47,441 nucleotides of DNA from Octopus sinensis (GCF_006345805.1 NW_021834621.1:1-47441), one strand, 5' to 3'. Shown: positions 24,062 through 36,984, counted from the first letter of the stretch. The notes: generated by a model not told the origin, from the sequence alone. Made by a program: numbers and translations.

Positions 24062-25717
24062 GATTCTTATGAGACGACGGACAAGGATTGCGAACCGCCT
24101 GAGCAAGCACACCAAAAGTGGTGAGAAGTCTCGGGTCGAGAGAATGCTAATGGAAATTGAGAAAAGTCTGCATCAGTCTCATGAAAAGTAGAGAGCAGAT
24201 AAAGAAGCTTGGGTAATAGAAAATATAAAGTCAAACCCTAAAGCTTTCTTTAAGTTTGCCAAAGAGACAGCCACAGTGCACCAGAAAATAGGACCTCTCT
24301 TCCAAAAAGATGGCTCTCTCTCACAGGAAATCCCACGAGGATAAGTGAAATACTGAACGAACAGTTCAAAGTGTGTTCACTACACCTCTAGGACACAGGC
24401 AAGTAAACAACCCAGAAGAATTCTTTGCCACTTTAACTGCGGCCAAAGAGGCAAAAATTGAGTACATCAACATTGAAGATGATGATATCACACTCGCCAT
24501 AGATGAGATTGACACAAACTCAGCTGCTGGACCTGATAGATTTCCAGCGATCCTTCTCAAATCGTGCAAACGATCCCTTGCAAAACCGCTACAGCTTCTT
24601 TTTCAGAGCTTTCTTGCAAATGGTAAGCTTCCAGTCAAATTGAAAGAGGGGGTAATATGCCCTATCCATAAGGGAGGAAGCAGAGCAGATGCTAAAAATT
24701 ATAGGCCTATCTCTCTGACCTCACACATCAGCAAAGTCATGGAACGAATAGTCCGCAAGAAACTAATCATGTTCCTTGAAGAAAATAACTTGCTGACTGA
24801 CACCCAGCATAGATTTCGACCAGGTAGAAGCTGCCTAACACAGCTCCTGCAACACTGTGGCTGGGTGTTAAAACAGCTACTAAATGGCTCAAATGTGGAT
24901 GTATATATCTCGACTTTGCAAAGGCCTTTGATAAAGTCGACCACGGTATGATTTGTCACAGACTGCGTGGTCTCGGCATGGGCGGAAAACTTGGAGAATG
25001 GCTGCACAACTTCCTAAAAGATAGAAGGCAGGCAGTTGTGACCGATGGAGCCACCTCCAAGGAGGCACAAATAACAAGCGGTGTTCCACAGGGCACTGTC
25101 TTGGGGCCACTGCTGTTCATAGTGGCCTTTCAGACATGCCCTCAGTTGCTAAGATGGCCACCCTTGCTAGATATGCAGATGACACCAAGGTCTCCCACAC
25201 GGTACAGGACCCTGGAGGTATTGCACATCTGCAACAGCAGTTGGATACAATATACAGGTGGACTGAGGACAACAACATGCAGTTTAACGCAGGTAAGTTC
25301 CAGGCCCTGCGCTACCGGCACACAAAGGTAAACGACATGCAGACTGGATACACTGGCCCGGTAAGAATTGCAATCCCTGAGTCAAAATCAGTGCGTGACC
25401 TGGGCATTGACATGAGCAATGATGCATCTTTCCAAGTGCATATTACTAATCTGGTGATAAAATTCAGACGGCTAGCTGGATGGATTCTCCGAACTTTCAG
25501 AACAAGAGAGAAGGAGACACTGATGGTCCTGTGGAAAACTTTCGTCCTCAGCCGCTTGGACTACTGCTCCCAACTATGGTCACCACAGAATATAAAACTA
25601 ACAGCAGGACTCAAAGCAATTCAAAGAAGCTACACAAAGAAGATCGTCTCAATGCAACATATCAGCTACTGGGAAAGACTGAGAGTATTAGAACTCTTCT
25701 CCCTAGAGCGAAGGCGG
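24062..25717 (+). mobile_element. CR1-clade LINE ORF2 (RT domain), truncated at both ends, frameshifted
   Basis: SAAGPD, NYRPISLTSHISKVMERIV, QHRFRPGRSCLTQLL, DFAKAFDKVDH, SGVPQGTVLGPLLF, YADDTK, VRDLGI, SRLDYCSQLWSP, YWERL..LELFSLERRR; frameshifts near 24368, 24910 and 25130. Confidence 0.93.
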
Positions 25718-25770
25718 TGGTGCCCCAGCATGGCCGTGGTCTTCGGGCTAAAACATTTTTAAGGATTTAA

Positions 25771-25830
<60 letters not shown>

Positions 25831-26050
25831 ACACTTTGAATCTCTTAACTCTGATGAGAAAAGTGTGAATAATTGGTATGGTTGGAGTTAGCTCGCCCAT
25901 ACCAACCTATACCGCACCTCGATACGGCTGTCAGACTTTGCACTTATTCAGGATTCCTCCTAAATCATTTTATGCTAACTTTCTCATCTACCTTCCATAT
26001 TGATTCTAATACGGACATTCAACCTCGCAAGTACATCTATGTATTTATAT

Positions 26051-26433
26051 ACTCTTTTACTTGTTTCAGTCACTTGACTGCGGTCATGCTGGAGCAACGC
26101 TTTTAGTCGAAGAAATCCACCCCTGAACTTATTCTTTGTAAGCCTAGTGCTTATTCTATCGGTCTCTTTTGCCGAACCACTAAGTTACGGGGACGTAAAC
26201 ACATCAGCATTGGTTGTCAGGCGATGTTGGGGGACAAACAGAGACACACAAACATATACACACATACAAGCATATATATATATACATATATATACGACGG
26301 GATTCTTTCAGTTTCCGTCTATCAAATCCACTCGCGAGGCTATAGTAGAAGACACTTGTCCAAGGTGCCACGCAGTGGTACTGAACCCGGAACCATGTGG
26401 TTGGTAAGCAAGCTACTTACCTCACAGCCACTC
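26051..26433 (-). mobile_element. SINE family B
   Basis: Reverse complement of family B. Confidence 0.9.
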
Positions 26434-26649
26434 TTGCGCGTATATATGTGTATAAATTTTAATATATACTTATAAATTTTTATGTATTTATAAAGAATTT
26501 TTATATATTTATAAATTCTTATGAATTTTTGTCATGCCTCATATCTGAACGCATGTATGTATATACCAAGGAGAATTTCGACAACTTGAAATGAATTGAA
26601 TGAACACAAACACCGACCTTTGAAATTTGTTTCTCTCCTTCTTAATCTG

Positions 26650-27620
26650 ATATGTATATATCTGATGGTCTCTCCCGTATGAGGCTCCGACAACGTATTC
26701 TTTCTTTGTCAGTCATAATGCTTATGTCAAATGTGACATTTTAAGTCCCGCCAACGATTTGCAAAGAAGGGCCACAAATGTTGCAAGTATGAGGATTACA
26801 GGCGAGTGCAGGTGGTATATTTGCAGTCGCTTTCCTCCTTTGTCTTGCACCCCGAAGACTGTTGATGCTGCTTGCAACAAAATTGTTTGTACCATTTTGA
26901 GACAACGATCTCCATATTGTTCGTTTCGACGCTGTTCGCTCCGAGGTGTTGTGAACTATTTTCATTTCTAAGAGGTTACTCTTCAACTTGTCCTTATATC
27001 TGAGCCATGATCGACCAACATTCCTGAGCCCACTCTCAAGCTGGCTGTACATAAGGACTGAGTATTCTTTCGTCACTCATTCTGATGACATGGCCTACCC
27101 GGCGCAATTGCGATTGTATAAGGAACCTCTTGATTCTACCAATCTTACACTTGCAAAACAAGTCAGCATTAGAAACTTTGTCTTTTAGTGAATAACCGCA
27201 GATTGTCCTCAGACAGTCTTTCTGGAAGATGTCTACTTGGTTAATGTGTCGTCTATGGGGATATTCTCGATTCTGAGCCATACAAGAGAGTAATAAGAAT
27301 GGCTGCTTTATAGACCTGTACTTTTATGTCATATTCGATGCCCCTTTTCATTCCATAGGCGATGACGGAGTTTGTCAAATGCATTGGCTACTTTTACAAG
27401 ACGGTTGCCGATTTCATCATCAAGGGAAGCGCTCAAATTCACTTTACTACCAAGATATGTAAATGACTTCACATAATTTAGGCTTTTCCCATCAACCTGC
27501 ATAGGAGTGTCAGGAAAATTGTGAACCGATGGCCTCTGCTTGACGCCTCGAATTTGTTTAGGAGTAGGGCGAGGTTGGTGGATTATTTCCGACTTCTTTA
27601 TGTTGATGGTCAAACCGGTA
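26650..27620 (-). mobile_element. RTE-clade LINE 3' portion (decayed)
   Basis: GLTINIKKSE, VKSFTYLGS, DDEIGNRL, LRHRLW, LLYGSE, QSQLRRVGHVIRMSDERI and C-terminal CNICG. Confidence 0.88.
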
Positions 27621-27639
27621 TATATTACATACATGTATA

Positions 27640-27748
<109 letters not shown>

Positions 27749-28356
27749 TATACATATATATATATAATATATTATGTATGTATGTATGTATGTATGTATG
27801 TATATATATATATATATATATATGTGTGGTGTGTGTATGTATGTATGTATGTATGTGTTATATATATATATATATTATATATATATATACTCTTAGTATA
27901 TTTATATCTATTATTAGGGAATACCTGTTATTTGTACTTTTGTCTTCCATTAAGGTAATTGTGCCTATTGTTGCAATATTTATACATATTATTATTACTG
28001 CATTTATTTCTAGCATTCGTGTATTTTTACTTCTTAAATTATTTATGCCCATTACCTTATTTCTGATATTCTATTCAATTTTTAATTTACCTATATCATC
28101 TGTGGCACTCCTTTGTAATTCCCCTCGCACGCACACACACCTCATTGCTGTGTTGTTTTTTTTTTATCAATTTCTTATATGCTTTATAGAAATGGCTGAT
28201 GTTGTCCAATTCTGAATAAATGTCTAATGCTAAATAATTAATGTTTTTGATATCAGATCTGAATTCAAATGAAAGTTTCTTTAGCTTCTCCGTCTGACTG
28301 TTGTTTCTTGTATTCAAATCTCTTTTACTTATTGACAAGTGATGTTTTATTCCTGA

Positions 28357-28970
28357 GGCGGTGAGCTGGCAGAAACGTTAGCACGCCGGGCGAAATGCGC
28401 AGCCGTATTTCGTTTGCCGTTACGTTCTGAGTTCAAATTCCGCCGAGGTCGACTTTGCCTTTCATCCTTTCGGTGTCAATAAATTAAGTACCAGTTACAC
28501 CTTGAGGTTGATGTAATCGACTTAATCCGTTTGTCTGTCCTTGTTTGTCCCCTCTGTGTTTAGCCCCTCGTGAGTAGTAAAGAAATAGGTATTTCGTCTG
28601 CCGTTACGTTCTAAGTTCAAATCTCGCCGAAGTCGACTTTGCCTTTCATCCTTTCGGGGTCGATTAAATAAGTACCAGTTACGCACTGGGGTCGATGTAA
28701 TCGACTTAATCCGTTTGTCTGTCCTTGTTTGTTCCCTCTATGTTTAGCCCCTTGTGGGCAATATAGAAATAAGAAACGTTAGCACGCCGGGCAGAATGCT
28801 TAGCGGTATTTCGTCTGCTGCTATGTTCTGAGTTCAAATTCTGCTGAGGTCGACTTTGCCTTTCATCCTTTAGGGGACGATAAATTATGTACCAGTTGCG
28901 TACTGAGGTCGATCAAATTGACTAGCCCCTCCCCCAAAATTTCGGGCCTTGTGCTTAGAGTAGAAAAGAT
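28357..28970 (+). mobile_element. Tandem trimer of SINE family C
   Basis: Units 28357-28588, 28589-28772 (starts at gtatttcgtctg) and 28773-28970 (different tail cccctcccccaaaatttcggg). Confidence 0.88.
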
Positions 28971-29183
28971 TGTTTTATTCATAGACCGGTCGAAATAACC
29001 CTCTTCCCATTCGAGGGAGGCAGATCTCCAGTCTGGGATGCGGCGTGCTATGACATGTCCTTCGGTTCCAACCCTGCAGATCGGTTGCATGCCCTGATGT
29101 TGTCACCCTTAACACAAAGGAGAGAAAGGTAAAAAAAATGCGGGGGCTTGACCGGCCGCTATCGGTTTATGTCGGTCGCCGTC

Positions 29184-29594
29184 GCGAGCTGGCAGAATCG
29201 TTAGTACGCCTGGCGAAATGCTTAGCGATATTTCGTCTGCCGCTACGTTCTGAGTTCAAATTCCGCTGAGATCGACTTTGCCTTTCATTATTTCGGGGTC
29301 GATTAAATAAGTACCAGTTACGCACTGGGGTCGATATAATCGACTTAATCCGTTTGTCTGTCCTTGTTTGTCCCTTCTGTGTTTAGCCCCTTGTGGGTAG
29401 TAAAGAAATAGGTATTTCGTCTGCTGCTTCGTTCTGAGTTCAAATTCCGCTGGGATCGACTTTGCCTTTCATTATTTCGGGGTCGATTAAATAAGTACCA
29501 GTTACGCACTGGGGTCGACGTAATCGACTTAATCCGTTGTCTGTCCTTGTTTGTCCCTTCTGTGTTTAGCCCCTTGTGGGTAGTAAAAAAATAG
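29184..29594 (+). mobile_element. Tandem dimer of SINE family C
   Basis: Units 29184-29411 and 29412-29594; the second again starts at gtatttcgtctg. Confidence 0.88.
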
Positions 29595-29770
29595 ACATTA
29601 GGTGTTCTAGGACCCCATACTACCGATTTCCTCCACAAAATTGGGACAACGGCGGCTTGTCGAAGAAATGAGCCCTGCAAGTTAGAGTAGCTGCTACATC
29701 AAATGTCGCCGGCCATTCCCCGCAACAACGCCGTTAAAGTCATTACTGCGGGTTGCAGCCTTAACACATT
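29595..29770 (+). mobile_element. CRE/NeSL-like REL non-LTR element 3' remnant
   Basis: TLGVLGPHTTDFLHKIG...EPCKLE*LLHQMSPAIPRNNAVKVITAG resembles the ETLG..GP..FL..IG...QR.S.AI.RGNA C-terminus. Confidence 0.5.
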
Positions 29771-29942
29771 ATTTTTTTTCTGGAGTATGTGGACCTTCAT
29801 CTCCTCCCCCTCTATTTTCCTCTGCTTTACCCCCTCCATTTTTTCTTTCTTTCTTTTCTTTATTTTCCTTTCTTATCTGTCTTTTTTCCTGTTTCTTTGT
29901 ATTTAAATGTTCCAACAGAATTCAGTAAAGTTATATTTCATA

Positions 29943-30128
29943 TGGAGTAAAGATTTATGCCAACATAACACGGCAGTCCTGGTTTAGGACGAATGTTGCT
30001 GTAATTTAGCCCCAGGAGACATCGTCTCCAGCTGGCTAAATTACAGCATCGTCTCCTGGGGCTAAATTACAGCAACATTCGTCCTAAACTAGGACTGCCA
30101 TGTTATGTTGGCAAAAATCTTTACTCCA
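29943..30128. repeat. 78-bp inverted repeat (3 mismatches) with 30-bp spacer
   Basis: 29943-30020 versus reverse complement of 30051-30128. Confidence 0.95.
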
Positions 30129-30631
30129 AAGTACTGTTGCAGAATATGTCACGTTGTGAGTTTTAAAAATAGTAATTTTCTAATTATATTTCATAAATAA
30201 AATTTTTTTTTTAAATAAAGAAATCCATAAACTGAGTAACAATTAAGGATTTCAGTCAACGGATTTATTAACGGTGTCACAACTACACAGAAAAACCAAC
30301 AGAAATGAGAAATTAACCAGAAAATTTTTTATGGAGATTGCGTTGCTGTTGGTTATCTTCTCTTCATAAAGTCGTGCTTTTCAAGTGTTATGTATGATTG
30401 TTGTGGATCGCTTACAAACGTGGCTCCAATATCAAATAATTAGCTGCTGGGGAAGCCTTTTTTTCTTCTGCAACCAATGTTATGTTTAGATAAATGTTAC
30501 ACTGATGTTTACCAACAGATGTTCTTTACAAACATTCACATTTTCCGGTTCCGCTTGTGTTTCTCTGAAAATAAATATTGTTTTCCAGATTAACAAAGAG
30601 GGAAAAACCTGACACACATTCAGTTATGATG

Positions 30632-30932
30632 ACAATTATTTCAGTTGATCCGGTCCACGGAACAACCTGCTAGTGAAATTAACGTGCAAAAGGGCTAAAC
30701 ACCCACAGACCCGCGTACCCTTAACGTAGTTCTCAGGGAGATTCAGTGTGACACAGGATGTAACAAGGCTGGACCCTTTTGAATTACAGGTACAACTCAT
30801 TTTTACCAGCTGAATGGACTGGAGCAACGTGAAATAAAGTGTCTTGCTTAAGGACACAACGCGCTGCGGGAAATCGAACTCACGATTTTATGATCATGAA
30901 CCGAATGCCCTATCTGCTAAGCCATGCATCTT
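30632..30932 (-). mobile_element. SINE family D, tail type 2
   Basis: Shares the tRNA head and agacactttatttcacgttgctccagtcca block with other D copies; distinct 3' tail. Confidence 0.75.
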
Positions 30933-31129
30933 CAAGATGCTCCAGATGCACTGCCAACCTGTCGAAGAAGAAAGTAAATATCAGAACTATGCATAGGGTT
31001 GGTTGGCCACCATGTTATTTTAGTCTGTAGATTTTGTGGATTCTTTTTTCGAAGGAAGGACATTGATATATTTTTCCCTTCCAACAACCACTCGAAACTT
31101 TATAGTTCCATGGGTGCCGGTTAAATATT

Positions 31130-31480
31130 TAAATCTAAAATTCGAGAATTTTATCAATTTCTGGATCCTTCCAGATACCCTAGCTATGTTGTATGTTCCT
31201 TCTCTGTTAACTAGATTAAGCCCCAGCTCTTATTCTATATTCCCTCTCTTTCTAATAATCGCTCCTGTCGTATATTTAGCCGTATATGCCTCACTCTACT
31301 AATTTATCTGAGAATCTGTGTGATGCCACCACCCCACTGCCTTACCCTATTCGTCATACTTCTCCTTATTCGGGACTTTTCCTTCATCACATCGTGTTGA
31401 CTGTTTTTCCTTATTCCATCTGCTCCATTTAAATCCCTCCACTATGTAATATTCCATCCTTGCACATTCCCCAACGTCTT
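31130..31480 (-). mobile_element. Highly decayed R4/Dong RT fragment (tentative)
   Basis: Minus strand GADGIRKNSQHDVMKEKSR...RVRQ and SWGLI*L...LGYLE resemble post-YADD R4/Dong motifs; abuts a (TTA)n tract. Confidence 0.35.
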
Positions 31481-31493
31481 ATTATCATTGTGA

Positions 31494-31551
<58 letters not shown>

Positions 31552-31819
31552 CCTATGTTTTGCAAGAGCATAAATATCCCCAATTATGGCAGGAAATAAA
31601 AACAGGCAAAAGGAAAGCGGATAACGACAGCATCAGCAGCAGCAACAACAACAACAACAACTGCAGTAATAGGAACTATATTGAGCCTAACTTCAACAAC
31701 CACAAGATCATCAACATCAATGGAAAATTATTTATAAAAAGAAAAAACAAACAATAGTAAACAAAACAATAAAAAATACTGAAAAATATTGCTTTTGTAA
31801 TATATGAATATATGTGCAC

Positions 31820-32065
31820 ATACAGAGACACACATACAGTCACACACACACATAGTCATACACACATACAGTCACACACACACATACAGTCACACACACA
31901 TACAGTCACACATACATACAGTCATACACACATACAGTCACACACACATACAGTCACACGCACATACAGTCACACACAGACATACAGTCACACACAGACA
32001 TACATACAGTCTCACACACATACAGTCACACACACACATACACACTCACACACACACACACACAT
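31820..32065. repeat. (CATACAGTCACACA)n-type minisatellite derived from (CA)n
   Basis: catacagtcacacaca recurs more than 10 times with variable CA number. Confidence 0.9.
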
Positions 32066-32789
32066 GACTTTGTATGTGTGGTTGATAAGTTTACGTATCA
32101 ATTTGGATGTCTATATCTCGACATACGTGGACATGAAAGTATGCTGTGGATGTGTGGATGTATGTGTGTCCGTGTATATGTGTATATATACGTACATATA
32201 TACGAGTATGTGAATGCATGTGTATGTGTGTGGGTGGGAGGGTGGGCGTTGTGTGTCTGGTTTCATTTTCAAAAGTCTTTAAATGGAATTTTTAATAAGT
32301 TTATCTAAAATGTAACGATATCGTCTTAAAAGAAAAAAAAAAAACGAAGAATATTAGTTCGAATTCAACTGAAGCAATTTAGGTTCTGAATGGATAAAAC
32401 ATTTAATTGATTGACCGAGCTACACTAATGAATATTTTTAAACAACAACAACAGCTGCAGCAGCGGCGACAGCAGCAGCAGCAGCAATAACACTTGACAA
32501 CAACCACAACAAACAACGATAACCTTAAGGCGTCTTTTGTTAACTGTAAACAAATCGTCCGCGACAGCAACAGCAACAGCAACAACAACAACAACAACAC
32601 TGCTGCTGCTACTACTACTACTGCTACATTAACATTATCATCCTTGACGACAAACAATGACAGTGATGTCATCAGCTTACAAAAGATGGACATATTTTAA
32701 TTAGAGAAACTGATAATTTAATAAACAGCAGCAGAAACGGCAGCAACTAGAAAAATAACACCAACAAGCACAACAACAACAACAACATT

Positions 32790-32796
32790 GATGATG

Positions 32797-32875
<79 letters not shown>

Positions 32876-32903
32876 TGATAATAATAATAATAATAATAAT
32901 AAC

Positions 32904-32935
<32 letters not shown>

Positions 32936-32952
32936 TAATAATAATAATAATA

Positions 32953-33014
<62 letters not shown>

Positions 33015-33131
33015 GCCTGGTGTACTCTTATCAGACGGGTAGTCATGATGGGTGTACTGGGCTACGTATATTTTACCCCAGTGTCACTTTGATGGCATGC
33101 ACTGCTCTCTCACTCAATAATAATAATAATG

Positions 33132-33205
<74 letters not shown>
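32790..33205. repeat. (TAA)n array interrupted by a ~100-bp unclassified insert (33013-33113)
   Basis: Direct inspection. Confidence 0.9.
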
Positions 33206-33208
<3 letters not shown>

Positions 33209-33490
33209 GTAAGAAATACAAAGGTTGTGGTCAATGAAGAGAGTAGTAGACGTGATATAAATAGTAATTGGTGAACTTGGAAGTATCAGCACTCAACTAC
33301 TAACATGGCTGAAAAAGATCGGTGCAAGTGTGAAGGTATAACATCTACAAAAATCAGCATTGCTTGGAACTGCAAGTATTCTTCTCAGGGTTCTTGAAGC
33401 ATGACCAGTAAACAAGTGTCTCCTTTGTCTGCTGGCTGTGGACAAGCTGACACTTACCATCATACCTAGCAAAATAAACTGTAAGTTTTC

Positions 33491-33492
<2 letters not shown>
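33206..33492 (+). mobile_element. R4/Dong-clade LINE 3' end, subfamily 5
   Basis: IVIGELGSISTQLLTWLKKIGASVKV*HLQKSALLGTASILLRVLEA*; (TAA)n on both sides. Confidence 0.8.
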
Positions 33493-33578
<86 letters not shown>

Positions 33579-33594
33579 CCTTTCTACTAAAGGA

Positions 33595-34775
33595 GTACAT
33601 CAGAAGATTGAGGAAGTTAATGAAGTCGAAGCTAAATAGCCCGAATATAGTGGAAGCTGTAAATACTTAGACAGTATCGCTACTTAGATATCCACCAGCA
33701 CTTGTAGACTGGACAAAATCTGAATTAGCAGATCTAGCTAGAAGAACTAAGAAGGATTTCAATATGAATGGAGGACTTCATCAAAGAGCAGGAGTAGCAA
33801 GAGTATACTTACCTAGAAAGGAAAGTAGTAGATGATTAATATCAGTAGAAGACTGCGTGGAGTTAGCTAGAATAGATATAGCCTCCTATGTAGGTAATAG
33901 TGAAGAAAGTTTATTATGAGCTGCAAGAGTAGCAGTAGGAGATAGGGAAACCAAAAAGCCAAATGAAGTTAGAAACCGGAAAAAAGAAGCAAGATTATCT
34001 GATTGGCAAGAGAAGGATTTGCATGGTAGATTTTCAAAGATAGTGGCAGAAAATAGTAATAGTGAAACATAGTTGTGGTTCTAGAAAGGAACGTTGAAAA
34101 AGGAGATAGAAAGTTTGATAGAAGCAGCACAAGATCAGGCATTGAGGACTAATTGTATAAAACCCAAGTCTGGTATATTCCCAATGCAGGTAATATATAT
34201 CAAAAGAGGAAAGTGTTGCTCATATAGTTTAGTTAGTGAAAGTATTATGCAGGCACAGAAAGAATACAAGACGAGGCAACCTTGGGAGAATAATCCACTG
34301 AGAGTTATGTAGAAAGCTAGGATTTGACTATACTTATAAGTAATATGATTAGGAACCTGGTAAAATGCTAGAAAGTCAGAAATATAAGATGTTGTGGGAC
34401 TTTAACATTCAGACTGACAGAATAATAGAAGCTAGAAGGCCTGATTTGGTAGTAGTAGATAAAGAGAATAGAAAGTGCCTTTCTATTGACTTTGCAGTCA
34501 AACGATGAGAAAGACAACATGAGAGGTATAGAGAAACTAGCAAAGGACCAGGACCTAGCCATTGAGTTACGGAGGCAATGAAAAATGCGGGTAAAATGTA
34601 TCCTTGTAGTTTTTGGTGCATTGGGAACTATCTCTAAAGATCTGAACAGATATGAAGTCTAGTTTAGTGCAGCTCCAGAACTAGGATACTTAGGAAGGTT
34701 CTAGGGTTATTTGTTGTAGCCCGATGTTAGAGATTTTTTTTCTTTTCTAACAGTCTAATCTGTTGTGCGTATATG
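33595..34775 (+). mobile_element. R4/Dong-clade LINE 3' portion, subfamily 4 (decayed)
   Basis: KEYIRRLRKLMKSKLN, LISVEDC, EIESLIEAAQDQALRTN, WDFNIQTDRIIEARRPDLVVVDK, DQDLAIEL; 3' UTR matches 9075-9390. Confidence 0.88.
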
Positions 34776-34839
34776 AAATAATAATAATTGAATTAATAAG
34801 CAAAAAAAAAAATAAGGATAATAATAATAATATTAGTAG

Positions 34840-35048
34840 ATTTCAAATTTTGGCACAAGGCTAGAAGTTTTGGGGGCAGGGGTTAAGTCAATAACATCGA
34901 CCCCAGTGTTCAACTGGTACTTATTTTATCGACCCTGAAAAGATGAAAGGCAAAGTCAACCACGGCGGAAATTGAACTCAATACGTAAAGACAGACGAAA
35001 TGCCGCTTAGCATTTAATCCGTCGTGTTAACGATTCTGTCAGTTCAGT
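34840..35048 (-). mobile_element. SINE family C (cccccaaaa tail type)
   Basis: Reverse complement of the 28773-28970 unit. Confidence 0.78.
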
Positions 35049-35190
35049 GATAATAGCAGTCAAAGAACAGAGGAAGATAGGAAAATACCAAATAATTACC
35101 TGACTCTCATTGTCTATACTCTACTTGTAATTTGTTTCATATCTACATTTTTTTATCTCATCTATTATTATTATTTCATTTTGTGACAGG

Positions 35191-35295
35191 TTTTGCTGGA
35201 AGTCCTGGAGTCTTGCATGCATAGCATAGTGGTTTTGGGCAAGTCTAGGGCATTCGTTTGTGATATGGGTAATGGTTTCATCCACTCTATTGTAG

Positions 35296-35296
<1 letters not shown>
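35191..35296 (-). mobile_element. Internally deleted derivative of R4/Dong subfamily 2
   Basis: Reverse complement joins the equivalent of ~7741-7810 to the equivalent of ~8330-8365. Confidence 0.8.
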
Positions 35297-35349
<53 letters not shown>

Positions 35350-35368
35350 GTTGTTGTTGTTGTTGTTG

Positions 35369-35416
<48 letters not shown>

Positions 35417-35417
<1 letters not shown>

Positions 35418-35825
35418 TTGTTTGGTTTTTGCTTTGTATTTTCACACGTTGACTCCAAGTCTCGCCCAGAGACCTCAAGAGACAAGTTAGAAGTTCGAGT
35501 TGGTGTTATGACTAGGGCCCCTTATATTTGGTCTTGCACAAAGTATTGTTTTAGAAAATAATTAAGAAAACATGAAAAACTTGTAAGTTTGTTCTAAAAT
35601 TTGGGATTACATCGACAGTATTTCACGTAGGATATGGGCAGTTCCCACGAGGACAATTTTTGGAATTTCTGCCATCTTTGAATTTCCTGCAATTTGAGCT
35701 AGGTAGCAATCAGCCCCTTTTGCTATCATTCCAAGGGCACCAATGACAACAGGCATTGTTTTAGTCTTGAGGTTCCACTTTTTGCCGATTTCTGTTTCGA
35801 GATCTTTAGACTTGCTCGAAAAATA
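35417..35825 (-). mobile_element. R4/Dong-clade LINE 3' end, subfamily 1
   Basis: Reverse complement aligns to 6415-6855; sense-strand (TAA)n tail at ~35297-35416. Confidence 0.85.
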
Positions 35826-35926
35826 AAGGGTGTTACTTAGTTTACTGGTAGTGAACGGTTGACACCGTAGTACATCTCCAGCGTTAGATGTTGCGCAAAG
35901 ACAATAAAATGATAATAATAATCATC

Positions 35927-35984
<58 letters not shown>

Positions 35985-36090
35985 TATTATTATTATTATT
36001 ATTATTATACCAATGTATACAGTAATTTTCTTTGCTCTAGTTGTTGCGAAGACACTCGACAAGAAATGAAAATAAAATTGAAAGGAAAAA

Positions 36091-36137
<47 letters not shown>

Positions 36138-36875
36138 GGTGGTGGTGGTGGTGATGATGATACAAATATACTAGTAACAGCAATATATGTGTGTCAGTAA
36201 GAGAGAGTGTATTCACTTGTTTGTAATGTTCGACCTACAGGTGCCGCCATGTTTACATGTTTATAATGTCTCATCTACAAATATGATGTTTATCTCTCAT
36301 TGTAGAATCGACTTGCATGTCATGTCTACATTGCTTGTGACATATTTGATCAGTTACTAGATGTGTCGATCTTTGGTGTTCATCTCTCTGCAATGTCCCA
36401 CCTAAAGTGTCAACTATGTCGGAATATTGAGTAAACATGGCTGAACTGGAGCATTGTTTGTTTTGCTTTCGTCTTGTTTGTTTGAAATCTTGGCCTGCTT
36501 CAATAAATCGTTCACACAACATCATCTAAAAATATCACAAATAGTAATGTCATATGGACAAGTCACGTAGAAATATAAGATAGGAATGTCAATAGAAAAA
36601 GTAATTCACAGATACATTAAAGAAATGTCATCACGGTGAAATAGACAGATATGCTAATGAGAATATCCAACGCCTGATGTTCAAAGCATGTTTTTGCAAA
36701 TAGCTGCGAGTTGTTCATTTTCTCTGTACGACGGACAAGATAATACTGTTGGGATGAAACGGCAGTAATCAATGAAAGCGAGTTGAGCTGTTTTCATTTC
36801 CGTCCTGTAGGGAAAGCTATTTGGTTTGAGCACACCAAACTATGTATACAGCTCTGCTAGGTTCGGCATCTATCT

Positions 36876-36893
36876 ACCTACCTACCTACCTAC

Positions 36894-36984
<91 letters not shown>

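Noticed and set aside
24373-25762. RT ORFs as an intact gene or active LINE
   Set aside because: At least three frameshifts, an upstream stop, no endonuclease domain and no 3' end.
36241-36270. Perfect Kozak GCCGCCATG after an AG
   Set aside because: The ORF is five codons long (MFTCL*).
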